From assembly GCA_963702435.1 (NCBI GenBank), contig CAVPCR010000002.1:576001-640000 (forward strand): DNA of 64,000 nt, in the 5' to 3' direction. Position 1 is the first letter of the stretch, and each line of letters opens with the position of its first letter. Position numbers and translations under genes: made by a program. Below, in pieces: positions 9,982 through 19,354 of the stretch. The notes beneath the pieces were generated by a model. It was not told the origin of the DNA. It saw nothing but the letters and a program-made list of their open reading frames with translations, and searched no databases. The stretch is from Candidatus Eiseniibacteriota bacterium. Lineage in GTDB: Bacteria; Eisenbacteria; RBG-16-71-46; CAVPCR01.

Positions 9982-10712
9982 TCCTTACCGCCCGGGCGCG
10001 CGTTGACACCGGCACGGTCCAGCTCGGCCCGGATCTCGGCCATCTTCTGCTCGGCGAGCGTGCGCATCGCCGGGTTTGTCGTGTTCTCGAGCAGGTCCTG
10101 CCACAGGGCGAGCGCGGTCCTCAAGTCCCCGCTCCGCGCCTTGGCGTGCGCCGCGAAGCGCACGACGTAGCCCGGCGCGCCGGGCAAGCGCGCCGCGCGC
10201 GCAAAGTAGTACGCTGCGTCGCGGTCGTGCCCCTTCGTCAGGTAATAGATGAATCCGGTCCAGAAGGGCAGCTCCCAGCGCCCCGGATTGCGGGCCACCC
10301 CTTCCTTCATCAGGGCAAGCCCCCGGTCGCGATCGCGCCCCTCGGCCGCGAGCACGAGCCCGCCGAAGAGGTACGCCTCGCAGAAGCGCGGATCGAGTTG
10401 GGTGATCGTCGAGAAGACGTGGCCCGCCATCGGAAACCGGTTGTCGGTCATCCGGTGCTCGCCGTAGTACTGGATGGCGCGAAGCCACAGGAAGTCGGCG
10501 AGCATGAGCGGATGCCCGAGCGCCATCGGCTTGAGGAGGTAGCCAGAGGGGAAGTACATGAGCTCCCCGCCGGCGCGCCCGTCGCGGCGGAGGCCGTGGA
10601 TCTCGCGCGACGTCGCCACCACGAGTGCCGCGAGAACGAGCGCGCACGCGATGAGGCGCCAGGGCAGACCCGCTCGGCGGCAGGGGATCCGCTCGCTGCT
10701 CATGGCGCTCAT
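9978..10712 (-). CDS. Membrane-anchored TPR-like pilus accessory protein (PilG-like of the Myxococcus pilGHI type)
   Basis: N-terminal TM helix, ADFLWLRAIQYYG, TQLDPRF, helical repeats; coupled to the ABC permease and pilD. Confidence 0.6.
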   Translation of the reverse strand: MSAMSSERIPCRRAGLPWRLIACALVLAALVVATSREIHGLRRDGRAGGELMYFPSGYLLKPMALGHPLMLADFLWLRAIQYYGEHRMTDNRFPMAGHVFSTITQLDPRFCEAYLFGGLVLAAEGRDRDRGLALMKEGVARNPGRWELPFWTGFIYYLTKGHDRDAAYYFARAARLPGAPGYVVRFAAHAKARSGDLRTALALWQDLLENTTNPAMRTLAEQKMAEIRAELDRAGVNARPGGKE

Positions 10713-11464
10713 CGGAACTCGCGCCGCTCGAAGACGAGCACGGCCAGGACAAGAGCGAGGGCGGCGTAGCTCGCGCCGTGGGCCGCGGCGAGCGCGAGCC
10801 GCCCGATCTCGATCGGGAGCCCGTGCACCACTTCGGGGCGCACATCGAAGCTCGCTAGATTGGGGAGCGCGCAGTAGGCCCAGGCCAGGGTCGGCGCCCC
10901 CGCCGCCACCGCGAAATCGGCGAGATCACCCACCAGATGCCCCGCGACGTAGGTGGCGACGGTCAGGAAGGCGGCCACCAGCGGCCCCGCGAAGCTCGCA
11001 TAGAGGATGACGACCGCCCCGAGAGTGGCGAGCTCGAGGAAGACCATGCCGCCGCCGAGGAGACTCCGTGGCTCGAAGCCGCCGGTCACGAGGGCGAGCG
11101 CGACCAGGAGAAAGCCCGTCTCCGCCGCCACCAGCACGCCGAGCGTGACGAGGAGGCCCAGGTACTTGCCGAGGATGTAATCCGCGCGGCGGATGGGTTT
11201 CGCGAGCAGCACATCCACCGTGCGACGCTCGATCTCGCGCGCGACCAGGTTGGTCCCGAGGAGGGTGAGCACGAGGAGGCCGAGGAGGCTCGTCGCGGTG
11301 AGGCCGAGATCGATCACGATCCGCTTCACCTGCCCGAGTGCGATCGGCGCAAGGAGGGTCGCCCCGGCGATGATGAGAAGTCCCGAGCCGCCAAGCACGT
11401 AGAGGACCTGGGCGCGCATGGCTTCCCGCACGGTGTGCCAGGCGATCGCGAAGATCCGACTCAT
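10709..11464 (-). CDS. ABC-2 type permease (PilI-like)
   Basis: About six hydrophobic helices, REIERRT..LLAKPIRR..YILGKYLG, C-terminal FERREF. Confidence 0.85.
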   Translation of the reverse strand: MSRIFAIAWHTVREAMRAQVLYVLGGSGLLIIAGATLLAPIALGQVKRIVIDLGLTATSLLGLLVLTLLGTNLVAREIERRTVDVLLAKPIRRADYILGKYLGLLVTLGVLVAAETGFLLVALALVTGGFEPRSLLGGGMVFLELATLGAVVILYASFAGPLVAAFLTVATYVAGHLVGDLADFAVAAGAPTLAWAYCALPNLASFDVRPEVVHGLPIEIGRLALAAAHGASYAALALVLAVLVFERREFR

Positions 11465-12465
11465 GCTGCGTCCTCCCCTGTCGTGCGCACGAAGTAGTCC
11501 TCCAGTCGCTCGCGGTGACGCTCGAGCGACTCGATCCGCCCGCCGGCCTGCAGCACGCGGATGACCAGGCGATCGAGACGGGCCGGGTCGTGGACGAGCA
11601 CGCGCACGTTCGGGCCGCGCTCCTCAACCATGTCATCGGCGGCGACGAGCCGTGCGACGAGATCGGCGGATACGTTCCGCACCAGCACCTCGACCGCGTG
11701 GAGGCGCACCGTGGTCAGCTCCTCGATGCGGCCGACCGCGACCAGGCGGCCGCCGTTCAGGATGCCGACGCGATCGCAGATGGCCTCGACGTCGGGGACG
11801 ATGTGGGTCGAGAAGAAGACGGTGCGGCCGCTCGCGCGCAGGCCATCGATCAGATCGCGCACGTCGCGGCGGCCGAGCGGATCGAGCCCTGACATCGGCT
11901 CGTCGAGGATCAGGAGCTCGGGCTCGTGGACTATGGCCTGGGCGATACCCACCCGCTGCACCATGCCCTTCGACAGCTTGCGGAGCGGCGTGCGCGCATA
12001 CGCCTCGATCTTGAGGGTGGCCGTGAGCTCGGCGATGCGGCGCCGGCGGTGCGGGCCCGAGAGGCCGGCCAGCGATCCGGCGAGATCGAGAACCTCGACC
12101 GGGGTCAGATGCTCGGGAAAGACGGGATTCTCGGGCAGATAGCCGATTCGACGCCGCACGGCTGGCGCACGGGGATCGGCCCCGAAGAGACGCACTGCGC
12201 CGGCGCTCGGGCGGGCGAGGCCGATGAGGCAGCGAATCGTCGTCGTCTTCCCGGCGCCGTTCAATCCCAGAAAGCCGAAGACCTCGCCCTCGCATACTTC
12301 GAGGTCGAGGCCCCGGAGCACCGGCTTCCGCTGGAGCGTGAGCGGGGAGCGAAAGGTCTTCTCGAGCCCGGCGATCGCGAGAACCGACCGCCGCGCGGCC
12401 GGTCCGGGCGCCGCCCCCGCCTCCGTGGCCTCCCACTCATCTGCGAACGCATGCGCTCCCTGCAT
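11461..12465 (-). CDS. ABC transporter ATP-binding protein (PilH-like)
   Basis: Walker [10 protein letters not shown], signature [20 protein letters not shown]; start uncertain (12465 or 12558). Confidence 0.92.
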   Translation of the reverse strand: MQGAHAFADEWEATEAGAAPGPAARRSVLAIAGLEKTFRSPLTLQRKPVLRGLDLEVCEGEVFGFLGLNGAGKTTTIRCLIGLARPSAGAVRLFGADPRAPAVRRRIGYLPENPVFPEHLTPVEVLDLAGSLAGLSGPHRRRRIAELTATLKIEAYARTPLRKLSKGMVQRVGIAQAIVHEPELLILDEPMSGLDPLGRRDVRDLIDGLRASGRTVFFSTHIVPDVEAICDRVGILNGGRLVAVGRIEELTTVRLHAVEVLVRNVSADLVARLVAADDMVEERGPNVRVLVHDPARLDRLVIRVLQAGGRIESLERHRERLEDYFVRTTGEDAA

Positions 12466-12575
12466 GGCGCCCCCTCCCCCGGCATGCACGGCGGCGGCGC
12501 CTCCGCTTGGCCGGAAGCGCCGCCCCGTCGCCGGGTCCGGATCGGAACCGACAGTCAAACGTGCGCGGCTATTGA

Positions 12576-12986
12576 CTACGTGCCGTTGGTCAGGCTGAGC
12601 GGGAGGATGGCATCCTTCCCGTAGCCCGAGATCACGTAGCTGATGGTCGCGTTGTTGACCGTGTTGTCGACGTACCCGACCCTGCCCTGCGCGTTCGCAA
12701 CGGCATCCATCGGGAGCTCGGTCGCACCGGTGAACGGATTGCCGAAGCCCGTGGTGTCGGGCAGTGCGCCGCGGAAGTCAACGACGTTGTCCGGATAGTC
12801 ACCGTTCTGACGAACGGCGTAATCCTCAGCCGCCAGCTGGGTCGTGTGCATGTTCGACTTGACCGCAGCTTCCTTGGCCCGCGCCTGCATCTGGACGAAG
12901 TTCGGAATCGCAATCGCGGCCAGGATGCCGATGATCACGACCACGATCATGAGCTCGATGAGGGTGAAACCCTTCATGCTACGCAT
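12576..12986 (-). CDS. pilA: Type IVa major pilin
   Basis: KG/FTLIELMIVVVIIGILAAIAIPNF class III signal peptide with E5; AGGAGG RBS; sigma-54 motif upstream. Confidence 0.93.
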   Translation of the reverse strand: MRSMKGFTLIELMIVVVIIGILAAIAIPNFVQMQARAKEAAVKSNMHTTQLAAEDYAVRQNGDYPDNVVDFRGALPDTTGFGNPFTGATELPMDAVANAQGRVGYVDNTVNNATISYVISGYGKDAILPLSLTNGT

Positions 12987-13079
12987 GAAACCAACCTCCT
13001 ATTCCGGATCCGGCTTGTTCGCCGTGAACCCCGGCACCCGTGAGGCCGGCGCCGGGATGACACTCGCAGCTCCCGAGGT

Positions 13080-13095
13080 AGCATTCCCCGTGCCA
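13080..13095 (-). promoter_or_regulatory. Sigma-54 -24/-12 promoter upstream of pilA
   Basis: Minus strand TGGCAC-GGGGA-ATGCT (GG-N10-GC), about 95 bp upstream of pilA and adjacent to pilR. Confidence 0.8.
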
Positions 13096-13273
13096 CCATC
13101 GTCCGCCGCGACCATCTCGTGAACTAACGGCCAGTTGCGGGGCCGATCGAGGGACCCCCGCAGGTTCCTGCGGCCTGCCGCCGCATGTAAATCGCTATCA
13201 CGATTGCGGAGTGCACTGGGTTCGCGTTCTGCACGGTCCTGCATCGAACTTGCACGCTCCGCGGTTGCGGGCC

Positions 13274-14686
13274 TTACGCGGCTCGCCGCTCCTCGCCCTC
13301 GCCGTCGCCCTCGTCCTCCCCCATGCCTTCGCCCCCCGCGCCCTCCATCTGATAGGACTGGAGCTTGCGGTAGAGGGTCGAGGGGTTGATGCCGAGGATC
13401 TCGCTTGCCCGCTTCTTCTGCCAGTTGGTGTGATTCAGCACCTTGAGGATGTACTCGCGCTCCAGTTCCTCGAGGGTCATGGTGGGCGAGTCGATGACGA
13501 GGCTGCCCTTGCGGAGCCCGCCGCTCCGGATCTTGATCGGCAGATCGTCGGCCCCGATCAGGCCGCCCTCGTTCAGGATCACCGCGCGCTCGATCACGTT
13601 CTCGAGCTCGCGCACATTGCCCGGCCAGTCGTACTTGGTGAGGATTTCCATCGCCTCGCGCGAGCAGGTCTTCAGCTCCTCGCCGCAGCACTTGTGCAGG
13701 AAGTGGTCGACGAGCAGCGGGATGTCGTCGCGGCGCTCGCGCAGGCACGGCAGCCGGACCGGGATGACGTTCAGGCGGTAGAAGAGGTCGGCGCGGAAGC
13801 GGCCCTCGGTCACCTCGCGCTCGAGATCGGCGTTGGTGGCCGCGATCAGGCGGACGTCGATCTTGATCGGCTTGGTGCCGCCGACCGGGATGATCTCGCG
13901 CTCCTGCAGCGCGCGCAGCAGCTTCACCTGGGTCGCCGGCGAGATCTCCCCCACCTCGTCCAGGAAGAAGGTGCCGCTCTCGGCCACCGTGAACAGGCCG
14001 TCCTGGTCGCGGATGGCGCCGGTGAACGAGCCCTTGACGTGGCCGAACAGGTTGGACTCGAGGAGGTCCTTGGGCAGCGCACCGCAGTTGATCGAGACGA
14101 AGGGTCCGCTCGATCGCTTGGAGCGGTAGTGGATCTCGCGGGCGATGAGCTCCTTGCCGGTGCCGCTCTCGCCGTAGATCAGGATGGTGGAATCGGTGTC
14201 CGCGACCTTGTCGACCATCTTGAAGACCGCCATCATCTCCTCGGACTTGCCGATGATGGGGCGCTCCTCGTGCGAGCGCTTGAGCTGGCGCTTCAGGACC
14301 TGGTTCTCCGATTGCAGCCTGCGCATGCGGAGCGCGTTCTTGACCGAGACCTTGATCTCGTCGTTCTTCGCGTTCTTCTCCAGGTACTGGAAGGCGCCCT
14401 TGTTGACGGCGTCGATCGCCGATTGTCGCGAGGCGAAGGCGGTCATGATGATGACGGGGATCGATGGATCGAGTTTCTTGATGCCGTCGAGGACGGCGAT
14501 CCCGTCAATACCCGGCATCTTGATGTCCGTGATGACGCAGTCGACCCGGGATTCCTGCGCCTTGTCGAGGGCTTCCGCCCCCGAGTTGACAGCAGTGACC
14601 CGGTATCCCTCCTTGCCGAGCAGGATCGAGATGAACTCGGTCATGCTCTGCTCGTCATCAACAACAAGGATGTGCTCGCCGGTCAT
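13274..14686 (-). CDS. pilR: Sigma-54-dependent response regulator (NtrC family, PilR-like)
   Basis: REC domain (VVDDE, DIKMP), AAA+ motifs GESGTGKE, GSFTGA, LDEV, WPGNVRELEN, Fis-type HTH; directly upstream of pilA. Confidence 0.88.
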   Translation of the reverse strand: MTGEHILVVDDEQSMTEFISILLGKEGYRVTAVNSGAEALDKAQESRVDCVITDIKMPGIDGIAVLDGIKKLDPSIPVIIMTAFASRQSAIDAVNKGAFQYLEKNAKNDEIKVSVKNALRMRRLQSENQVLKRQLKRSHEERPIIGKSEEMMAVFKMVDKVADTDSTILIYGESGTGKELIAREIHYRSKRSSGPFVSINCGALPKDLLESNLFGHVKGSFTGAIRDQDGLFTVAESGTFFLDEVGEISPATQVKLLRALQEREIIPVGGTKPIKIDVRLIAATNADLEREVTEGRFRADLFYRLNVIPVRLPCLRERRDDIPLLVDHFLHKCCGEELKTCSREAMEILTKYDWPGNVRELENVIERAVILNEGGLIGADDLPIKIRSGGLRKGSLVIDSPTMTLEELEREYILKVLNHTNWQKKRASEILGINPSTLYRKLQSYQMEGAGGEGMGEDEGDGEGEERRAA

Positions 14687-14861
14687 CGAGTTACCTCATG
14701 AGGCCAGGGCTCAAGGATGCGGCCGGCGCCCGTGGCTGGCGCCGGAGAGCCGATTCACGGCTCCTGACGGGGTATCGGAAGGAGCAGGCGCTTTCTAAAG
14801 CAGCGATTGCAGCCTGCGAGGAGCGGCCGGCAGGGTGGGGAAAACGGCCCCGGGCGCGGGC

Positions 14862-14948
14862 GGGCGAGCCGGGAGCTGGCGGGCGAGCCGGGAGGGCAGG
14901 CGAGCCGGGAGGTCGGGCGAGCCGGGAGGGCTGGCGAGCCGGGAGGTC
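14862..14948. repeat. Intergenic short tandem repeat, five copies of GGCGAGCCGGGAG at 17-19 bp period
   Basis: Read directly from the sequence between the RNA methyltransferase gene and pilR. Confidence 0.85.
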
Positions 14949-14952
14949 CGCC

Positions 14953-16269
14953 CTAGGCGGCGGCGCGGGCGAAGGCGGCCACGAGCTCCACGTGGAAGGT
15001 CTGCGGGAAGAGATCCACGAGGTCCACGCGCTCGAGGCGGTAGCCCCCAGCGAGGAGCGCCCGCGCATCGCGGGCGAAAGTGGCCAGATCGCAGGAGACC
15101 ATGAGGAGCCGTGGCGCGCCGAGGGCGAGCAGGGAAGCGGTCTCCTCGCGGAGCCCGGTCCGCGGCGGGTCGAGGAGCACGAGATCGTAGCGTTCGCCGG
15201 CGCCGGCGGCCCGTGCCAGCGCGGCCGCGGCCGCTGCCCGCTCGACCGTCACCTGCGGGAGACGGCGCACGGCGCGGCGGAGCGCGGCCACCGACCGCAT
15301 GCTGAGCTCGACGGCGTGGAGCGAGGCGACGAGGGGTGCGAGCGCGAGCGTGAAGTTCCCCGCCCCCGCATGCAGCTCGAGGACGCGCATCGCCGGCCCC
15401 GGCGCGGCGGCGGCGAGCACGCGGGCGCGGAGGAGCTCGTTCGCGGCGGCGTGCGCCTGCGTGAAGATCGCCGGCGGCAGATCGACGGGCGCACCCCCCG
15501 CCGTCGACTGCCGGATGGCGACCGCACCGTGGTTGTACGTGAAGCCATGCCCGGCCACCACGACGCCGGCGACTTCCGGCGTGCGCGCGAGGAAGCGCTC
15601 GATGCGCCCGCGGTCACCGGCCCCCAAGGGACCCGCTGCCGAGAAGGTGAGCACCGCACCGGGGAGCTCCCCGCGCGCATTCACGTCGCACGCGGTGACC
15701 GGCGTTGCGAGCTCGCGCGCGAGCGCGCGGGCCGGAGCGATCGCGGCGGCGACGGCCGGCTCGGCGACGGGGCAGGAGGGGATCTCGACGACCGAGTGGC
15801 TCTCGGCGCGCATGAAACCGACGCGCCCTGCCTGATCGACGGAGAGGCGGATGCGCCGGCGGTAGGCCCACTCGGCGGGCGCGGCGATCGCCTCGCCGAA
15901 CGCCTCCTCCCCGCCCGGCAGGCGACTGAGCTCGCGGCGCACGTTGGCGGTCTTCGCCGCAAGCTGATCGGGATAGTGGAGGTGCTGCCACGAGCAGCCG
16001 CCGCACAGCGGATAGGCGGGGCACGGCGCCGCACGGCGGCCGGGCCCGGGATGGCGCACGGCGACGATGGCGGCCTCGAGGTAGCGCGCGTGTCGCCGCG
16101 TGATGCGCGCCGTGATCTCGTCACCGGGCGCGCCGCCGCGGACGAGCACGGCCTGGCCGTCGCAACGACCGACGGCGAAGGGACCGTGCCCGAGGCTCTC
16201 GAGCGTGAGATCGATCGTGGAATCGCCCGGTTCTCGCGGCGGCGTGACGGCGGAGGCTTGCTCGCTCAT
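14953..16269 (-). CDS. rlmD: 23S rRNA m5U methyltransferase (RlmD/TrmA family, TRAM domain)
   Basis: TRAM-like N-terminus, CPAYPLCGGCSWQH Fe-S motif, FTQ, LLDPPRTG, VSCD, DLFPQTFHVE. Confidence 0.85.
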   Translation of the reverse strand: MSEQASAVTPPREPGDSTIDLTLESLGHGPFAVGRCDGQAVLVRGGAPGDEITARITRRHARYLEAAIVAVRHPGPGRRAAPCPAYPLCGGCSWQHLHYPDQLAAKTANVRRELSRLPGGEEAFGEAIAAPAEWAYRRRIRLSVDQAGRVGFMRAESHSVVEIPSCPVAEPAVAAAIAPARALARELATPVTACDVNARGELPGAVLTFSAAGPLGAGDRGRIERFLARTPEVAGVVVAGHGFTYNHGAVAIRQSTAGGAPVDLPPAIFTQAHAAANELLRARVLAAAAPGPAMRVLELHAGAGNFTLALAPLVASLHAVELSMRSVAALRRAVRRLPQVTVERAAAAAALARAAGAGERYDLVLLDPPRTGLREETASLLALGAPRLLMVSCDLATFARDARALLAGGYRLERVDLVDLFPQTFHVELVAAFARAAA

Positions 16270-16314
16270 AGGCGGGTGAGTGTAGCACCCGCCGGGCGGC
16301 GCGAGCGTGCAGAC

Positions 16315-18093
16315 TCAGGCGCTGGCCGCGAGCGGCGCCGCGAGGTCCGGATGCGCGAACGCCGCGCGCTCCGGGAGCCGGATCTCGAGGACCGCGCCGG
16401 CGCGGGCGGGATCGCGCCTGATCTCGAGCGAACCGCCGTGGCGCTCGACGATGCCGGCGGCGATGGCGAGGCCGAATCCGGTGCCGCCGGGCTTGGTGGT
16501 GAAGAAGGGCTCGAAGACGCGATCGGCGATGTCATCCGGCACACCCGGCCCCGAGTCGAGGACGCGGATCACGGCCGCCTCGACCCCGGTCGCCGTCGAG
16601 AGCGGCTCGCGCGAGAGCGTGAAGCGGAGCTCGCCGCCGGCCGGGGCCATGGCCTCGATCGCATTCTGGGCGAGGTTCAGGAGCACCTGCTTCATCTGCT
16701 CGCGATCGATGAGCGCGGCGAGCTCGCGCGCCGCAGGATCCACGTCCACGGCGATCGCGACCCGCTCCCCCGCATCGAGCCGCACGAGCTCCTCGACTTC
16801 GGCGAGGAGCTCGGCCAGATCCACCGGCGCGAGCACGAGCGGCGTCACCCGCCCGTAGTCGAGGAGCGCCTGGATGAAGCGGCCGACCCGGTTGCACTCG
16901 CGTACGGCGATCTCGAGCAGGCGCCGATTCTGACCGGAGATCGCTTCTTCTTGTAGAAGGACGTCGAGCGAACCGACGACCGGCCGGATCCCGTTCCGGA
17001 TCTCGTGGGTGATGCCGCCGACGAGGCCGCCGATCGCGGCCAGCTTCTCCTTGCGCGCGCGGTCGGCTTCCTCGCGCCGCGCGAGCGTGAGATCCTGGAA
17101 GACGACGATGAGTCCGGAATGCCCGACGCGAGAGCCGCTCATCCCGACCGGGAGCGGCTGGCCGGCCGGGGTCGTGATCTCGACCGCCTGGCGCATGAGC
17201 GGCGCCGAGCCGCGGCGCGCCTCTTCGATCCAGTCGATGAAGGGCCGGGCGCCCGGGCCGAGCGCGGCGAGCGGCTGGCCGCTGACGGCGGCCGGATCGC
17301 GCCCGAGGATCTCGCCGGCGGCGCGGTTGAAGTGGAGGATGCGCCCGTCCTCGTCGAGGGAGAGGAGGCCGCTCCCGAGCTGCGAGAAGACGAAGGCCGT
17401 GTCGATGCGGGCGCGGGCCAGGCGCCGGTTGGCGACCTCAAGCGCGGTCACCCGCTCGTGGAGGATGCGGCCGGCGGCCCCGGCGAAGATCCCGACGCCG
17501 ATGAACATGGTGACGTAGAGCCCGACCTGGGTGGCGTCGGCGGCGCCGTGCGTGCCGAAGAGGCGCGGCTCGGCGCCGGCGTAGCCGACGGCCGCGAGGT
17601 AGCCGCCGGTCTCGAGGCCGAGGAGGAGGGCGTAGGCGCCGCTCGCGGCCGTGCCCACGACGGTGCCGCCGCTCCCGGCGATGACCATGCCGGAGACGAG
17701 GATCAGGAAGAGGTAGAGGACGACGAACTGGCTCTCGATGCCTCCGGTGAGGTGCACGACCGCGGTCGTGAGCGGCACGTCCACCAGGAAGAGGCACAGC
17801 AGGAGGCCGCGGCTCACGCGCCGGCGGCCGACGAGGAGCGCCGCGCCGGTCGTCAGGTACGAGATGCCGAGGACGGTGAGGAGACCGAGCGAGGTGGTGA
17901 GGCCGACGCGCCCGACGTCGAAGGCGAGGGCGAAGACGGTGACGAGCGTCATCACCCCGGCCCGCGCCGCGATGACCGCGCGTGGTCGGGTGAGCAGGAA
18001 CTCCGGTTCGACCGAGAGCCGGGCCCGCACGCGGGCCCTGCGCAGGTTCTCGCGCAGGGCCCTCATGCGTTCGGACACCGGCACCGCCTGCAT
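16315..18093 (-). CDS. pilS: Membrane sensor histidine kinase with PAS domain (PilS-like)
   Basis: Six TM helices with TGGIESQF, PAS, H-box THEIRN, N-box QVLLNLAQNA, DSGPG, FEPFFTTK, GTGFGL; follows pilC. Confidence 0.82.
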   Translation of the reverse strand: MQAVPVSERMRALRENLRRARVRARLSVEPEFLLTRPRAVIAARAGVMTLVTVFALAFDVGRVGLTTSLGLLTVLGISYLTTGAALLVGRRRVSRGLLLCLFLVDVPLTTAVVHLTGGIESQFVVLYLFLILVSGMVIAGSGGTVVGTAASGAYALLLGLETGGYLAAVGYAGAEPRLFGTHGAADATQVGLYVTMFIGVGIFAGAAGRILHERVTALEVANRRLARARIDTAFVFSQLGSGLLSLDEDGRILHFNRAAGEILGRDPAAVSGQPLAALGPGARPFIDWIEEARRGSAPLMRQAVEITTPAGQPLPVGMSGSRVGHSGLIVVFQDLTLARREEADRARKEKLAAIGGLVGGITHEIRNGIRPVVGSLDVLLQEEAISGQNRRLLEIAVRECNRVGRFIQALLDYGRVTPLVLAPVDLAELLAEVEELVRLDAGERVAIAVDVDPAARELAALIDREQMKQVLLNLAQNAIEAMAPAGGELRFTLSREPLSTATGVEAAVIRVLDSGPGVPDDIADRVFEPFFTTKPGGTGFGLAIAAGIVERHGGSLEIRRDPARAGAVLEIRLPERAAFAHPDLAAPLAASA

Positions 18094-18101
18094 CGGCGTG
18101 C

Positions 18102-19313
18102 CTAGCCGGAGATCGCCTTGACCATCTCGAACATCGGCATGTACATGGCGATGACCATGCCGCCGACGATGACGCCCATGATGACGATCAGCACGGGCTC
18201 GATCACCGAGGTCAGCGTGGCGACCGCCGTGTCCACCTCGTCATCATAGAAGTCGGCGATCTTGTTGAGCATCTGGTCGAGGGCGCCGGTCTCCTCGCCG
18301 ACCGCGATCATCTGCACCACCATCGGCGGGAAGACGTCGCACTTGGCGAGTGGGGCGGAGATGGTCTCGCCCTGGCCGATCGAGTTCCGGGTCTCCTTGA
18401 TCGCATCACTCAGGATCACCTGTTGCCGGCGGTCTCGGGCCGTGATCTCGAGGCCCTTCAGGATCGGGACGCCGCTCGAGACCAGGGTGCCGAGGGTGCG
18501 CGTGAAGCGGGCCACCGAAGCCTTGCGCAGCACGTCGCCGAGCGCCGGCACGCGGAGGCTGAACCGATCGATCACGTGCTTTCCGCGGTCGGTCGTGTAG
18601 TAGCGCTTGAGCGCGAAGACGATGCCGGCAATGGCGAGGAGGATCGCCCACCAGGCCGCGCGCAGGAAGTCGCACATCGCGACCACGATCTTGGTCGGCA
18701 GGGGCAGCTCGCCGCCGAAGTCGGCGAAGAGATTGGCGAAGGTCGGGATGATCGCCGTCAGCATGAAGACGGTGACGCCGATCGCCACGGTGAGCACGAC
18801 TCCCGGGTAAGTCAGGGCGCTCTTCACCTTGCGCTTGAGGCTATCGATCTTCTCGATGTAGATGGCCAGACGGTTCAGGATGATGTCGAGGATACCGCCC
18901 GCCTCGCCGGCGTCGACCATGTTGACGAAGAGGCCGTCGAACACCCGCGGATGCTTGGACAGGGCCTCGTTCAGGGTGGAGCCGGCCTCGACGTCGGCGG
19001 TCACCTGCTCGATGACCTTCTTGAAGTTCTCCTGCGAGGTCTGCTTGCCCAGGATCTCGAGGCACTGCACGAGCGGCAGGCCCGAATCGATCATGGTCGA
19101 GAACTGCCGCGTGAAGATGGCGAGATCCCGGGTGCTGACCCCCTGCTTGAGCGGCAGCTTGAACTTCAGGCCGGCCGGCTTCTCGCGCACCGACTGGACG
19201 ACGATGCGGTTCTTGCGCAGAAAGCTGAGTACCTCGTCGCGGCTGTCGACGCTGAGCACACCCGACTGCGTCTGCCCGGCGAGCGTCCGCCCCTTCCAGA
19301 CAAAGCTTGGCAT
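18102..19313 (-). CDS. pilC: Type IV pilus platform protein PilC (T2SS F family)
   Basis: FTRQFSTMIDSGLPL, AGEAGG, SALTYP, GEETGALD, AMYMPMF; short compensated frameshift near 18420-18437. Confidence 0.95.
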   Translation of the reverse strand: MPSFVWKGRTLAGQTQSGVLSVDSRDEVLSFLRKNRIVVQSVREKPAGLKFKLPLKQGVSTRDLAIFTRQFSTMIDSGLPLVQCLEILGKQTSQENFKKVIEQVTADVEAGSTLNEALSKHPRVFDGLFVNMVDAGEAGGILDIILNRLAIYIEKIDSLKRKVKSALTYPGVVLTVAIGVTVFMLTAIIPTFANLFADFGGELPLPTKIVVAMCDFLRAAWWAILLAIAGIVFALKRYYTTDRGKHVIDRFSLRVPALGDVLRKASVARFTRTLGTLVSSGVPILKGLEITARDRRQQVILSDAIKETRNSIGQGETISAPLAKCDVFPPMVVQMIAVGEETGALDQMLNKIADFYDDEVDTAVATLTSVIEPVLIVIMGVIVGGMVIAMYMPMFEMVKAISG

Positions 19314-19354
19314 GTCGATGACCTCCTCGGGATCCGCCTCTCGGCCCTCCGGCG

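Noticed and set aside
12576..12986. Electrically conductive (e-pilin) pilin
   Set aside because: Only 10 F/Y/W in 130 mature residues (about 8%), no aromatic at position 27, and a long aromatic-free stretch after F24
14698..16956. Long + strand ORF, and similar antisense ORFs at 13211-14701, 28264-30558, 35403-37814 and 48134-49915
   Set aside because: Shadow frames opposite well-supported genes, expected at high GC; Arg/Gly-rich and without motifs
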